Below are positions 8,782-18,314 of a stretch of DNA of 64,000 nt, one piece after another. A program made the position numbers and the translations under genes. This DNA is from an uncultured Woeseiaceae bacterium. GTDB taxonomy: Bacteria > Pseudomonadota > Gammaproteobacteria > Steroidobacterales > Woeseiaceae. Under the pieces are notes generated by a model that worked only from the letters and a program-made list of their open reading frames with translations, did not search any database and had not been told where the DNA came from. The DNA is taken from NCBI GenBank assembly GCA_945788625.1, contig CALZMQ010000022.1, forward strand, positions 30,007 to 94,006. Reading direction: 5' to 3'. Numbering within the stretch: the stretch's first letter is position 1; every line of letters starts with the position of its first letter.

Positions 8782-9927
8782 TTAGAGGCTCAGATTCAGG
8801 CTCTTCACAACCTCCACGGGGACATAATTGCTGCCAGCGGGGAGGTTATTCTCGATCGCGTACTTCTGTGCTGCCGCAAGCGTTTGACCGCCGATGATGC
8901 CGTCCAGGCCGGCCTTGTAGTAACCCTCGTCGGCGAGTGCCTTCTGCAGGGCCAGGACGTTGTCGCGCGTCATGTTGACTTCGCACATCACCTGGCGCCA
9001 CTCCATGCGCTCGTCGCTGGTCTTGTCGGTGCGGGTTACGGTCTGGTATTCGGCTGGAATGACAGAGCGTTGCTCGTTCGCGGGGGACACCAGTTTCGTC
9101 ACGGAAACCGTGTCGTACTTCGCCGGAATGACGACCTCGCGAGCTGTAGCCGGTTGCTTGACGACCGTCCTTGTGACCGTCTTGTACTCGGCAGGGATCT
9201 CGATGCTCTTCGTGTGTGCGGCTTCGACCAGCACGCGCTTCTCGATCGTCTTGTAACTTGCCGGCACTTCGACCAGGCACATGATCTCACCCGTGTCAGT
9301 GGTCGACTGTGACAGGACGGTCGCAGACTGCATCGCCGCCGGGCCCTTCTTCCAGGCGGTGTGAGCCGGCTTGTCGAGGACGCGCTCCGTTACCGTTTCA
9401 TAGACCGCCGGGACTTCGACGATTTTCTTCGATGCCGGCTTGACCAGAACCCGTTCTTCGACCTCACCGTATACGGCGGGGACGACTTCCAGCTTCGTGG
9501 AGGCTTCCTTCACCAGCACGGTCTCTTCGCCCATCTCGTAACGCGCGGGGATGATCTCGATACGTTCCGAGGCATCGCGGGTCATTACCTGCTCTGAAAC
9601 CGTCTGGTAGGTGGCCGGAATCAGTACCCGTGCGTAGCACTGGCCGGGCTTGGGATTCGGCGGAAACAGGCTCGCGTCGGCGGGCATCGAACGCGACGTT
9701 GAGTTGCTGTCGCTGATACGCGCCTGGGCATTGGCCAGGTCCCGATCCTTTGAAGCCAGCGCGGATTCGAGCTCGCTGATTCGTTGCTTCGACGCCTGCA
9801 ATTCGGCCGCCGTGATCGAGCTGCTGCCCGAGTCCATGCTTGAAGATTCTGCTGCCAGTGTAGAACAGCCGCTGGCGATGGCGGCACCCGCCACGATTGC
9901 CAGCGTCCTGACGTAAATTCTGTACAT
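8782..9927 (-). CDS. Lipoprotein with repeated (V/I)PAxYxTV modules and a C-terminal peptidoglycan-binding domain
   Basis: Lipobox AIASGC after MYRIYVRTLAIVAGA, with an AGGAG Shine-Dalgarno. About 8 copies of an approximately 19-aa repeat. C-terminal PG_binding_1-like motif LQKALADEGYYKAGLDGIIGGQTLAAAQKY. Confidence 0.8.
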   Translation of the reverse strand: MYRIYVRTLAIVAGAAIASGCSTLAAESSSMDSGSSSITAAELQASKQRISELESALASKDRDLANAQARISDSNSTSRSMPADASLFPPNPKPGQCYARVLIPATYQTVSEQVMTRDASERIEIIPARYEMGEETVLVKEASTKLEVVPAVYGEVEERVLVKPASKKIVEVPAVYETVTERVLDKPAHTAWKKGPAAMQSATVLSQSTTDTGEIMCLVEVPASYKTIEKRVLVEAAHTKSIEIPAEYKTVTRTVVKQPATAREVVIPAKYDTVSVTKLVSPANEQRSVIPAEYQTVTRTDKTSDERMEWRQVMCEVNMTRDNVLALQKALADEGYYKAGLDGIIGGQTLAAAQKYAIENNLPAGSNYVPVEVVKSLNLSL

Positions 9928-10026
9928 ACCCCTAACTCCTGTGTCTGACTCTTGTGAAAGTCGGCGGAGTATAGGTACTGGACCGTGCGACTCGTCGCAC
10001 TGTAACAATCGTTAACAATCGCTCCG

Positions 10027-10365
10027 TCAGTCGGACTTGGCGACGAGTTCGATGCGTTCCTCGATCATTTCGTAGCCGACGACCGTGTTCGATACGGGGT
10101 CGATGACCGGATCGCCCTGGGTAAGGCAGGTTGTGGAACTATCGCGGTTGTTCTTGAAACACAGATCGGCGCTGGAGTGGATGGTCTGCTTGATGACCGA
10201 TCCATCGTCCAGGCTGACGAGGAGAATCGTTTCGTGCGCGGTGGCGGCTACAGGCGATGCGGCTTCATTGAACGCGACCTGCGTCGCGGCCGCCGGCAGC
10301 AGGCTATTGGCGCCGCAGCCCGTCAGGACGGCTGCAAGCAGTAATGCCAGGGACAGGTTTTTCAT
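10027..10365 (-). CDS. Small lipoprotein, hypothetical
   Basis: MKNLSLALLLAAVLTGCG lipobox with a GGAG Shine-Dalgarno. The 167-aa ORF in the track is over-extended upstream. Confidence 0.6.
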   Translation of the reverse strand: MKNLSLALLLAAVLTGCGANSLLPAAATQVAFNEAASPVAATAHETILLVSLDDGSVIKQTIHSSADLCFKNNRDSSTTCLTQGDPVIDPVSNTVVGYEMIEERIELVAKSD

Positions 10366-10632
10366 AGTTCGCTCCGTGATCAATGGTGACCCCGAAACGC
10401 CCGGGGCCTGCCCCCTGTTCCTGTGCCGGTCTGTATTGTCCAATCGCCCGCTTATTAAGGAGACTAGCAGCAAGGTCACGGCCCGAAGCGTGACCGATCT
10501 CTCACAACGCGGCGTCCCGCCAGTCCTCAAGCGGCTTTGTCAACAAATGTCACAAACGGCAAAACAACCGCGAGGCTGGCATAGACTGCGCCGCAGTTAT
10601 TCACACCCACACATTCGAAGAGAGAACGAACG

Positions 10633-11040
10633 ATGTCAAAGAGTATTGAACAAATCGAAGGTATCGGCCCGAAATTCGGCGCCACACTGCGTAAAGCCGG
10701 CATACGAACGGTGGAGAGCCTTCTGGACGCGGCCGCCGACAAGAAATCACGCGCCGCACTGGCCGCGCGTACCGAAATCAGCGAGGCGCGGCTTCTGAAG
10801 TGCGTCAACATGGCGGACCTGTTCCGTATCAACGGCGTGGCCAGCCAGTACGCACAGCTGCTGGAATGCGCCGGCGTCGACACGGTCAAGGAACTGAAGC
10901 ACCGCAATGCGGAGAACCTCGCAACGAAGATGGCTGAAGTGAACGATGCCAAGAACCTGGTGCGTCGTCCGCCGTCGAGCACGGTGGTCAGTGACTGGGT
11001 CGCCCAGGCCAAGAAGTTGCCGGCAAAGGTTTCCCACTAG
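10633..11040 (+). CDS. DUF4332-like helix-hairpin-helix protein
   Basis: Two HhH-like segments (IEGIGPKFGATLRKAGIRTVESLL and INGVASQYAQLLECAGVDTVKEL), as I recall for DUF4332. Confidence 0.7.
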   Translation: MSKSIEQIEGIGPKFGATLRKAGIRTVESLLDAAADKKSRAALAARTEISEARLLKCVNMADLFRINGVASQYAQLLECAGVDTVKELKHRNAENLATKMAEVNDAKNLVRRPPSSTVVSDWVAQAKKLPAKVSH

Positions 11041-11052
11041 GGAATACGCTAC

Positions 11053-11080
11053 TGCCCGCCGCAAGGGATTGCGGCGGGCA
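11053..11080 (+). terminator. Stem-loop after the DUF4332 gene
   Basis: tgcccgccgcaa-ggga-ttgcggcgggca forms a 12-bp stem. There is no clear T tract. Confidence 0.4.
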
Positions 11081-11114
11081 ATTGTAAGAGAAAAATCGCG
11101 AGAGGAGATTCAAC

Positions 11115-12581
11115 GTGAGCATCGATTCGGTAATGGAATCACTTCAGGGAACGCTTAGCAGCACACTACCAAGCCTGCTCGCTGCCGTCGGCATCCTGGT
11201 CGTCGGCTGGCTGGTTGCCGTAGTGCTGCGCGCAGGTACGCGGCGTCTCCTGGGCCTGGCGAATCTCAACGAGCGTATAGCAAGCAGTACCGATAGCGAC
11301 ATCAACGCCGAGTCGTGGGGCGCTTCCGGCGTCTTCTGGATAGTCATGTTCCTCGTCCTCATCGCGTTCTTCAACGTGTTGGACCTGCAAATCGTTTCCG
11401 AGCCGCTGCGCGCGCTGGTGACCAAGGTGTTCGAGTTCGGTCCGAGTTTGTTCGCCGGTGCCATCCTGGCATTGATCGCCTGGATACTGGCCAACGTCGT
11501 CCGAACATTGACTACAAGCGCGCTCTCCAAAACCACGATCGACGAAAAGGTCAGCAAGGCTGCGGAGATGAGGCCCGTCAGCGACAGCATTGGCGACGTC
11601 CTTTACTGGCTGATCATGCTCATGTTCCTGCCGGCTATTCTCGGTACGCTGAAAATGGAGGGCTTGCTCGTGCCCGTCCAGGGCATGGTCGACAAGATAT
11701 TGGCGATGCTGCCCAACATCCTCGCGGCTGGCGTCATCGGTCTCATAGGCTGGTTCGTGGCAGGCATACTGCGGGACCTCGTGCAAAACCTGCTGCAAAT
11801 CGTGGGTTTCGATCGCCTTGGCGAAAAGGCAGGACTGACGGGTAACGTCAGCCTGTCGCAACTGAGCGGCCTGCTCGTCTTCATATTCGTTTTCGTTCCC
11901 GCGCTCGTTGCAGCTTTGAACACATTACAGATCGAGGCGATTTCCGGACCCGCAACGGAAATGCTGGGCGCCTTCATGGCCGCCATTCCGGACATCTTCG
12001 CCGCCGTCATCATCTTGTCGATTTCATTCGTGCTGGCGCGGTTCGTGTCGGGCCTGATATCGAGGATGCTGGATGGACTCGGCGCGAATTCACTACCCGA
12101 AAAACTCGGCCTTGCCGCGGGGCACAAGGACGGTTTTTACCTCTCGAGCTTCGTCGGCAAGGTGGTCAGCGTATTCATCATGTTGTTTGCGAGCGTCGAG
12201 GCCGCGAATCAACTCGGTTTTGGCCAGGTGTCGGAAATCGTGTCCACGTTGATCGAATTTGCTGGCCAGGTACTCCTCGGCGGCGTCATTCTGACAGCGG
12301 GTTTCTGGATTGCCGGGCTGGCCCAGGCGGCCGTCGTTAAAGTCAGCGGCGAGTCGGCGACGGCGCTTGCCGGCATACTGCGAGCTGCGATTCTCGGGCT
12401 CGTGCTTGCAATGGGCTTGCGCGCCATGGGCATCGCCGACGATATCGTGAACCTGGCATTCGGGCTGGTACTCGGTGCGATTGCCGTCGCGTTCGCGCTG
12501 TCATTCGGGCTCGGAGGCCGCGAGGCGGCCGGCAGGCAAATGGAGCACTGGCTCGCTCGCCTCAGGAATGACGATGACTGA
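11115..12581 (+). CDS. Multi-pass membrane protein of the conserved TM-helix-repeat (mechanosensitive-channel-related) type
   Basis: 488 aa with repeated glycine-rich TM hairpins and internal repeats. GTG start 7 nt after AGGAG. Confidence 0.7.
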   Translation: MSIDSVMESLQGTLSSTLPSLLAAVGILVVGWLVAVVLRAGTRRLLGLANLNERIASSTDSDINAESWGASGVFWIVMFLVLIAFFNVLDLQIVSEPLRALVTKVFEFGPSLFAGAILALIAWILANVVRTLTTSALSKTTIDEKVSKAAEMRPVSDSIGDVLYWLIMLMFLPAILGTLKMEGLLVPVQGMVDKILAMLPNILAAGVIGLIGWFVAGILRDLVQNLLQIVGFDRLGEKAGLTGNVSLSQLSGLLVFIFVFVPALVAALNTLQIEAISGPATEMLGAFMAAIPDIFAAVIILSISFVLARFVSGLISRMLDGLGANSLPEKLGLAAGHKDGFYLSSFVGKVVSVFIMLFASVEAANQLGFGQVSEIVSTLIEFAGQVLLGGVILTAGFWIAGLAQAAVVKVSGESATALAGILRAAILGLVLAMGLRAMGIADDIVNLAFGLVLGAIAVAFALSFGLGGREAAGRQMEHWLARLRNDDD

Positions 12582-12651
12582 TTACGCCGAACCGGCCGGC
12601 AACACTGTCAAGAACACACCGCCAATGGGAAGGTAAACTATCGCGAATGGG

Positions 12652-12972
12652 ATGGAGTTGGGCAAAGTGAACGACAAGCAAGGCAAGCCAATCGAGATCG
12701 AAGATCCGTTCGCCCGCCGACTGATGGGCAAGTACCTCGGTCACCGCAAGGATGACGTCGACAAGCTGAGGACCGCACTGGCCGCCTCGGACTTCGACAC
12801 GATCCGGATCACAGGGCACAACCTGTACGGTTCCGGCGCCGCCTACGGACTCGACGATATTTCGTGGCTCGGCGCGAGCATAGAGCGTGCTGCCGAGTCG
12901 AAAGACGTCCCCGATACCGAACGCCTGATCGGCGAACTGGAGTTGTTTCTGCGCAAGCTCAACGTCTATTAG
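12652..12972 (+). CDS. Hpt (histidine phosphotransfer) domain protein
   Basis: 106 aa, predicted helical, with ITGHNLYGSGAAYG matching the HxLKGSxxxxG phospho-His motif. Confidence 0.6.
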   Translation: MELGKVNDKQGKPIEIEDPFARRLMGKYLGHRKDDVDKLRTALAASDFDTIRITGHNLYGSGAAYGLDDISWLGASIERAAESKDVPDTERLIGELELFLRKLNVY

Positions 12973-13109
12973 GGCGGGTTACCCGGGCCGGAATTTGAAA
13001 TAATCTCCAATATTTTCCGGTCCTTGCCAGCGATATCGCTATAATCAGTAAAAAGCCGCCACCATGGGGCTGCCCGGCGATACCATTATTTCCCTGGACT
13101 GGAGCAACG

Positions 13110-13802
13110 TTGCGAGTAGCAATTCTTGAGGACGATCCCGATCAGGCGGAGATTACCGGACTTTGGCTGAGTCACGCGGAACACACGGTCGATAGTTTTG
13201 CGAACGCGACCGACTTCCTGCGCGCCGTGAAACGCGACAGCTTCGACTTGTACGTGCTCGACTGGATGCTTCCGGACCTGAGTGGAATCGAAGTACTCAA
13301 GAAGCTGCGCACGGAGATGGACGACTACACGCCGGTCGTAATTGCAACTGCGAAGGACGAAGAGCAGAGTATCGTACGAGGGCTCGAGGCGGGCGCCGAC
13401 GACTACATCGTGAAACCCATTCGGCAGGCCGAACTGGTGGCGCGAGTATCGGCGGTATTGAGACGGGCAACGGGCGGCAAACCGGATGACGAGGGACTGG
13501 ATGTCGCGCCGTACTCAGTGCACCTCGCGAACAAGACTGTAAGCCTGGGCGATGAAAAAATCGCCCTGACGAACAGGGAATTTGAACTGGCGCTGTTCTT
13601 TTTCCGCAACGCTGGAAAAATGGTATCAAGGGGCCACATTCTGCAGGCGATCTGGGGAATCGAGAATCGATCGGTATCGACACGAACGGTGGATACGCAT
13701 GTGAGCCGACTGCGAAAGAAGCTCAAGCTGTGCGAGGCAAACGGCTGGGTACTTTCGGCGATTTACCAGCACGGTTATCGTATTGAGCGCGTTGCCGCAT
13801 AA
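13110..13802 (+). CDS. OmpR/PhoB-family response regulator
   Basis: Receiver features (DLYVLDWMLPDLSG, K in DYIVKP) plus a winged-helix output (LTNREFELALFF...VDTHVSRLRKKL). TTG start after GGAG. Confidence 0.9.
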   Translation: MRVAILEDDPDQAEITGLWLSHAEHTVDSFANATDFLRAVKRDSFDLYVLDWMLPDLSGIEVLKKLRTEMDDYTPVVIATAKDEEQSIVRGLEAGADDYIVKPIRQAELVARVSAVLRRATGGKPDDEGLDVAPYSVHLANKTVSLGDEKIALTNREFELALFFFRNAGKMVSRGHILQAIWGIENRSVSTRTVDTHVSRLRKKLKLCEANGWVLSAIYQHGYRIERVAA

Positions 13803-13838
13803 GAGCGCCGCGGCGCCGGGAGAGAAAAGGTACATTTT

Positions 13839-14399
13839 ATGGCCAGAAAACAAACACAGAATCAATCCGGTTTGACCACAGATAACATGGACGGCAACGT
13901 CGACAAGATCCGCGAAATCCTTTTTGGCGGACAGATGCGCGACTACGAGCAACGCTTTGCGGATCTCGAGAAGCGGCTGTCGAGAAACATCGAGCTCATG
14001 TCGAGCAATCTCGAGAAAAAAGTGGAGCGCCTGAATACCTACGCAAAGCGAGAGATCGAGAAACTCTCCGTGCAGATCAAGGAAGAGCGCAAGGCACGCA
14101 GGGATGACGGCAAGCAGGGCTCCAAAGATCTCAAGGAACTCTCGCAACAGGTCGAGTCCTGGTGTGCGGAACTCGAAGAGCATATCGGTAGCGAATCACA
14201 CGACCTTCGCGGCATTCTGCAGGAGCAGAGTGAGGAGCTCTCAGGGATGATCCACGACACGCACGATCAGCTCAGCAAGACGATGGCCGCCGAAACGCGC
14301 AATCTCGCCGACGACAAACTGGCGAGAGACGACCTGGCCGCGTTGCTGACCGAGGTCGCCCTGCGCCTGAAAAAAGATTTCAAGCTGCCGGACGCCTGA
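13839..14399 (+). CDS. Coiled-coil hypothetical protein
   Basis: 186 aa, charged heptad-rich. The N-terminal motif KIREILFGG is shared with the next ORF (LKELLFGA). Confidence 0.6.
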   Translation: MARKQTQNQSGLTTDNMDGNVDKIREILFGGQMRDYEQRFADLEKRLSRNIELMSSNLEKKVERLNTYAKREIEKLSVQIKEERKARRDDGKQGSKDLKELSQQVESWCAELEEHIGSESHDLRGILQEQSEELSGMIHDTHDQLSKTMAAETRNLADDKLARDDLAALLTEVALRLKKDFKLPDA

Positions 14400-14423
14400 G
14401 ACAGCGCCTGAGGTGGCGTTATC

Positions 14424-16127
14424 ATGAACGATCTCGATCAGCTAAAAGAGCTGCTGTTTGGCGCTGAGAAACAGACTCTCGACACGATCTCGAAGCGCGT
14501 CGAACAACGCGAAGTGCGTACCGTAGACGTTGCCGATATCCTGCCCGAGGCCATTTATCAGAGCCACCGCAAGGACGGCGAGCTTGTCGAGTCGCTGACG
14601 CAGCCGGTGGGTGAATGCCTGCAGCAAGCCCTCCGTGACGATCCGCAGACTTATGGTGACGCGCTGTACCCGGTTATGGGTCCGGCGATTCGCAAGTCGA
14701 TCATGCACGCATTGCGCACGTTCGCCCAACAGATCAACGAGGCCGTCGAGCACAGCGTGAGTCCGAAAGGACTCCGGTGGCGCTGGCAGGCCATGCGCGC
14801 CGGTGTCCCCTTCGGCGAATTCGTACTGCAAAAAACGATGCGCTATCGCGTCGAACAGGCCTACCTGATCAGCCGGGAAAACGGATTGCTCGTCGGGCAC
14901 GTCCACCACGAGGCGTCGAAGATAAAGGACAGTGATGCCGTTTCCGCGATGTTCACGGCCATACAGGATTTCGTCAAAGAGTCGTTTTCGCCGGATCGCA
15001 CGGGGCGACTCGAATCCGCTGATATGGGTGACTTCACCTTGTGGGCGGTACACGGGCCGCATGCATTGCTGGTATGCGTCATACGCGGTGTACCGCCAAA
15101 GAGTCTGCGCGCTGACCTGAGCGCGATTCTCGAGCGTATTCACTTCCGTTACGGCGAGGCAATCAGGGAGTACAAGGGGGATACGTCCACCGTTCCGGAC
15201 GTCGAAATCGAACTGGGGCGTTGCCTGCGTTTCGAGGCGCGCCAGGAAAGCAGCGAAAAACGCAAGGGGCCGCCGGTACCGATCATTGTCCTGTTGCTCC
15301 TGTCAGTCGCTGCGGTTGCGTTTCTCGGCATCCGCAGCTGGCTGTATGCGCAACAACTCGAGCGGCTCGCCGAAGCGCTCGAGAGCACCCCGGGAATTCA
15401 CGTCTCGCAAATCGAGCGTAGCGGCGGCGACGTATCCGTGCGCGGCCTGAGGGATCCGCTCGCCATCGGTGTTGCGGATGTTGCGGCGAGCGTCGACGTG
15501 CCGGCGGATCGGCTTAGCGTTTTCATGCAGCCTTTTCAGTCCCTGCAACCCGAGATCGTGGCCCTGCGCGCGGCGCAGACGTTCGGTCAGCCGGGATCCG
15601 TTAAGTACGACGTCGCGGGCACAACCCTGCTCGTGACCGGTGACGCGCCGTGGTCGTGGCGACAGCGAATACAGTCCGGTTTCGTCAACCTGGCTGGCGT
15701 AGATGTGCTGGATTTGAGCGGCCTGACGTCCGGTGACCGGCAACGGTTCGTCGAGCGCGTCGAAAACATCGAGCAAAAGAAGTTCTACTACGCGGATGAC
15801 GTCGAATTCGCCCGGGGCAATGCGGATGCGTTACGCCAATACTCCGATGAGCTACGTGCGGTTGCCGACCAGGGGTCCGGTTACGGTTACGCAATAACCA
15901 TTACCTTGCAGGGGTCAGCCGATGCTGCCGGCACTTTGGCGGAAAACGAGGTACTGGCGCAGCGCCGCGCGACACATGCGGCAGGATTACTCGAATCCTA
16001 CGGACTCGACACGCAAATAGTTTCGCCACCGGCAGATTCTATCAAGGGCGGTCAGACCCGGGAGGACGCTGCCAGGCGGTACGTGCAGATCGACGTGCAG
16101 CTGCAGCTATTACCGGAATCGCCGTGA
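14424..16127 (+). CDS. Membrane protein: cytoplasmic Roadblock/LC7-like domain, one TM helix, periplasmic BON-like and OmpA-like domains
   Basis: VEQAYLISRENGLLVGHV...DSDAVSAMFTAIQDFV...GDFTLWAVHGPHALLVCVIRG fits the Roadblock/MglB pattern. The TM helix is PVPIIVLLLLSVAAVAFLGI. The C-terminus ITITLQGSADAAGTLAENEVLAQRRATHAAGLL is OmpA_C-like. Confidence 0.6.
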   Translation: MNDLDQLKELLFGAEKQTLDTISKRVEQREVRTVDVADILPEAIYQSHRKDGELVESLTQPVGECLQQALRDDPQTYGDALYPVMGPAIRKSIMHALRTFAQQINEAVEHSVSPKGLRWRWQAMRAGVPFGEFVLQKTMRYRVEQAYLISRENGLLVGHVHHEASKIKDSDAVSAMFTAIQDFVKESFSPDRTGRLESADMGDFTLWAVHGPHALLVCVIRGVPPKSLRADLSAILERIHFRYGEAIREYKGDTSTVPDVEIELGRCLRFEARQESSEKRKGPPVPIIVLLLLSVAAVAFLGIRSWLYAQQLERLAEALESTPGIHVSQIERSGGDVSVRGLRDPLAIGVADVAASVDVPADRLSVFMQPFQSLQPEIVALRAAQTFGQPGSVKYDVAGTTLLVTGDAPWSWRQRIQSGFVNLAGVDVLDLSGLTSGDRQRFVERVENIEQKKFYYADDVEFARGNADALRQYSDELRAVADQGSGYGYAITITLQGSADAAGTLAENEVLAQRRATHAAGLLESYGLDTQIVSPPADSIKGGQTREDAARRYVQIDVQLQLLPESP

Positions 16128-16648
16128 CGCCGGTCACTAGCAAAGTATGCGTCGTCGGCGATTTTGCCGTTGGCAAAACCAGCGTCGTCGAACGTTTTGT
16201 GAACAATCATTTTTCCGAGAAATACCTCACCACCGTCGGAGTCAAGATCGATACCAAGGAGATCGAGTCTGCGGGAACGGGCATAGCGCACAAGCTGGTA
16301 ATCTGGGACGTTGCGGGATCCGACAGGTTCGGCGATACCGAGTTCGCCTATCTTCGCGGCGCTAGCGGCTACATCTATGTCGCGGACGGCACGAGGCCTG
16401 CGACCCTGGGCGCGGTCGAAAACCTGCGCGAGCAAATTGCCGGGAAATACGGTCCTGCGCCGAGCGTACTGCTGGTCAACAAGCGCGATCTAACGTCCGA
16501 ATGGTGCATTAGCGACGAGCGTATCAGTGGTGTTTCCGGCGCATATGACGATCTGTACCGGACTAGCGCAAGAACCGGAGAGGATGTCGAACATGCACTG
16601 ACGCGCCTTGCCGGGCTTATCATAGACAACGATTTTCGCGGCGCGTAA
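16124..16648 (+). CDS. Ras/Rab-like small GTPase
   Basis: G1 GDFAVGKTS, G3 WDVAGSD, G4 NKRD, G5 SAR. GTGA overlap with the upstream gene and TAATG overlap with the downstream kinase. Confidence 0.85.
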   Translation: MTPVTSKVCVVGDFAVGKTSVVERFVNNHFSEKYLTTVGVKIDTKEIESAGTGIAHKLVIWDVAGSDRFGDTEFAYLRGASGYIYVADGTRPATLGAVENLREQIAGKYGPAPSVLLVNKRDLTSEWCISDERISGVSGAYDDLYRTSARTGEDVEHALTRLAGLIIDNDFRGA

Positions 16649-18198
16649 TGGAGCTGCCTGCGCCCGTCGTCGACTACCTGCAAAGCGAGTTCCTTTCGCA
16701 AACCAGGCCGTTCTGTTTCCTGATCGACGACAACTACCGACTCATTGAAAGCTGGGGCCGCAACGACTGGTGTGGCCTGACCGGACTCGAAACGGCCGTG
16801 GATATGCGCGAGCCGGCGCCGTTTCTCGTAGGTATTGATATAAGCGCGTTGCAACAGTTCGAATTCATTGAGACGTCCGGCCGGGCCGTGGTGAATGTGC
16901 ACGTGATTCCGGCAGATGGCCAGTGCTACATCGTATTGCTCGACGCACACAGGGACCATGCTTCGCTGCAGTCGAAACAGCAGTCGGTGAATGAGCTGCG
17001 ATTGATGCACGGCCGCCTGCACAAGCTGATCGAACGCCAGCGCGAACTCATCAGCGAGCTCATCGAGACACGGTCTGAGCTGGATCATCATCGCCGCGAC
17101 GCCGAGCGCATCAGTGCCAACAAGAGTCGATTCATCGCCATGATGTCGCACGAATTTCGCACGCCCCTCGCGTCCATCATCAACTATGCAACACTCGCCG
17201 GCGAAGAGCCGACAAGCAGCAACGACGTTCAGAAGAGCATCGAGACGATATCCCGCTCTGCGCGGCACCTGACGTCCATGGTCGAGGCCGTGCTCGACGA
17301 TGCAAGCCTCGATGCCGGCCAGGTGCGCCTGGTCGAAGCCGACTTCGAGATATACAGTCTTCTCGATGACGTAGCGGCAATGATGGCGCCGCTCGCTGCG
17401 GAAAAAGGACTGTCGTTCGCGACGCAGATCGACCCCGATGTACCCGAAGTCATTCACGCTGACGAGGTTCGCCTGCGCCAGGTGTTGATCAACCTGCTCG
17501 GCAATGCAGTGAAGTTCACGCTCGATGGGGGGGTGCGGTTGGTGGCCACCTACAACGATGGCCGGCTGGTGATAACGGTCAGCGACAGTGGGCCGGGCAT
17601 CAGCCTGGAAGACCAGGAGCGGGTATTCCAGGCGTTCGAGCGCGGCAGTCGCCAGGACGCGACCGGCGCAGGGCTTGGCCTCACGATTACGCTGCGCCTC
17701 GTCGAACTCATGCGCGGCGAGGTATCGCTGGACTCATTGCCGGGCGAGGGATGCACGGTCAGTGTTCACTTGCCCGTCCAGTCTGCGGCAGGCGATGCCG
17801 CCAGGAGCGCTCCGGTATTGCCGACACCCAGCAACGACACCATCGCGACGAAGGCTTTGAGCATCCTCGTCTGCGACGATGACGACGATATGATTGCACT
17901 GGTCGAGCATTACCTGCATCGCTCCGGATACGGGTTGATTACGAGCTCGGACAGTTCCGAGGCGATCGCGAAAACGCTCAAGTACGATCCCGACCTGGTA
18001 CTGATGGATTGCAACGTGCCGGGCGTCGGTGGTGTGGTCGCGGCAAGGGTCCTGCGTGAACGCGGTTATGCCAAGCCGATTGTTGCGCTGACGGCCTCGA
18101 AACTCAGCGACGAGGAAAAGGCCGAGTTTACGCACTTCTTTCGAAAACCGGCGCCGATGCAGCAGCTTCTTACCGAAATCAAGCGCCTGACCCACTAA
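16648..18198 (+). CDS. Hybrid sensor histidine kinase/response regulator with a cytoplasmic N-terminal sensor
   Basis: HisKA H-box MSHEFRTPL, HATPase N/G boxes (NLLGNAVKFT, DSGPGI, GAGLGL), and a C-terminal receiver (ILVCDDDDDM...LVLMDCNVPG). Confidence 0.9.
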   Translation: MELPAPVVDYLQSEFLSQTRPFCFLIDDNYRLIESWGRNDWCGLTGLETAVDMREPAPFLVGIDISALQQFEFIETSGRAVVNVHVIPADGQCYIVLLDAHRDHASLQSKQQSVNELRLMHGRLHKLIERQRELISELIETRSELDHHRRDAERISANKSRFIAMMSHEFRTPLASIINYATLAGEEPTSSNDVQKSIETISRSARHLTSMVEAVLDDASLDAGQVRLVEADFEIYSLLDDVAAMMAPLAAEKGLSFATQIDPDVPEVIHADEVRLRQVLINLLGNAVKFTLDGGVRLVATYNDGRLVITVSDSGPGISLEDQERVFQAFERGSRQDATGAGLGLTITLRLVELMRGEVSLDSLPGEGCTVSVHLPVQSAAGDAARSAPVLPTPSNDTIATKALSILVCDDDDDMIALVEHYLHRSGYGLITSSDSSEAIAKTLKYDPDLVLMDCNVPGVGGVVAARVLRERGYAKPIVALTASKLSDEEKAEFTHFFRKPAPMQQLLTEIKRLTH

Positions 18199-18314
18199 GG
18201 CAAATGTCAACGATTGTTGCAAAACGCGGATGCAGCTCGCGTAGCCGATAACATCCCCGACCGAATCACAATCAATCGGGGCCCTGAGCCTCGTGGTCCA
18301 ACAGGGGAATCAAC

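Noticed and set aside
13024-13045. TTGCCA / 12-bp palindrome agcgatatcgct / TATAAT upstream of the OmpR-type regulator gene
   Set aside because: The -35-like and -10-like hexamers are only 10 nt apart, so they are not a functional sigma-70 pair. A 12-bp palindrome is expected many times by chance in 64 kb. Only the TATAAT alone remains a plausible -10.
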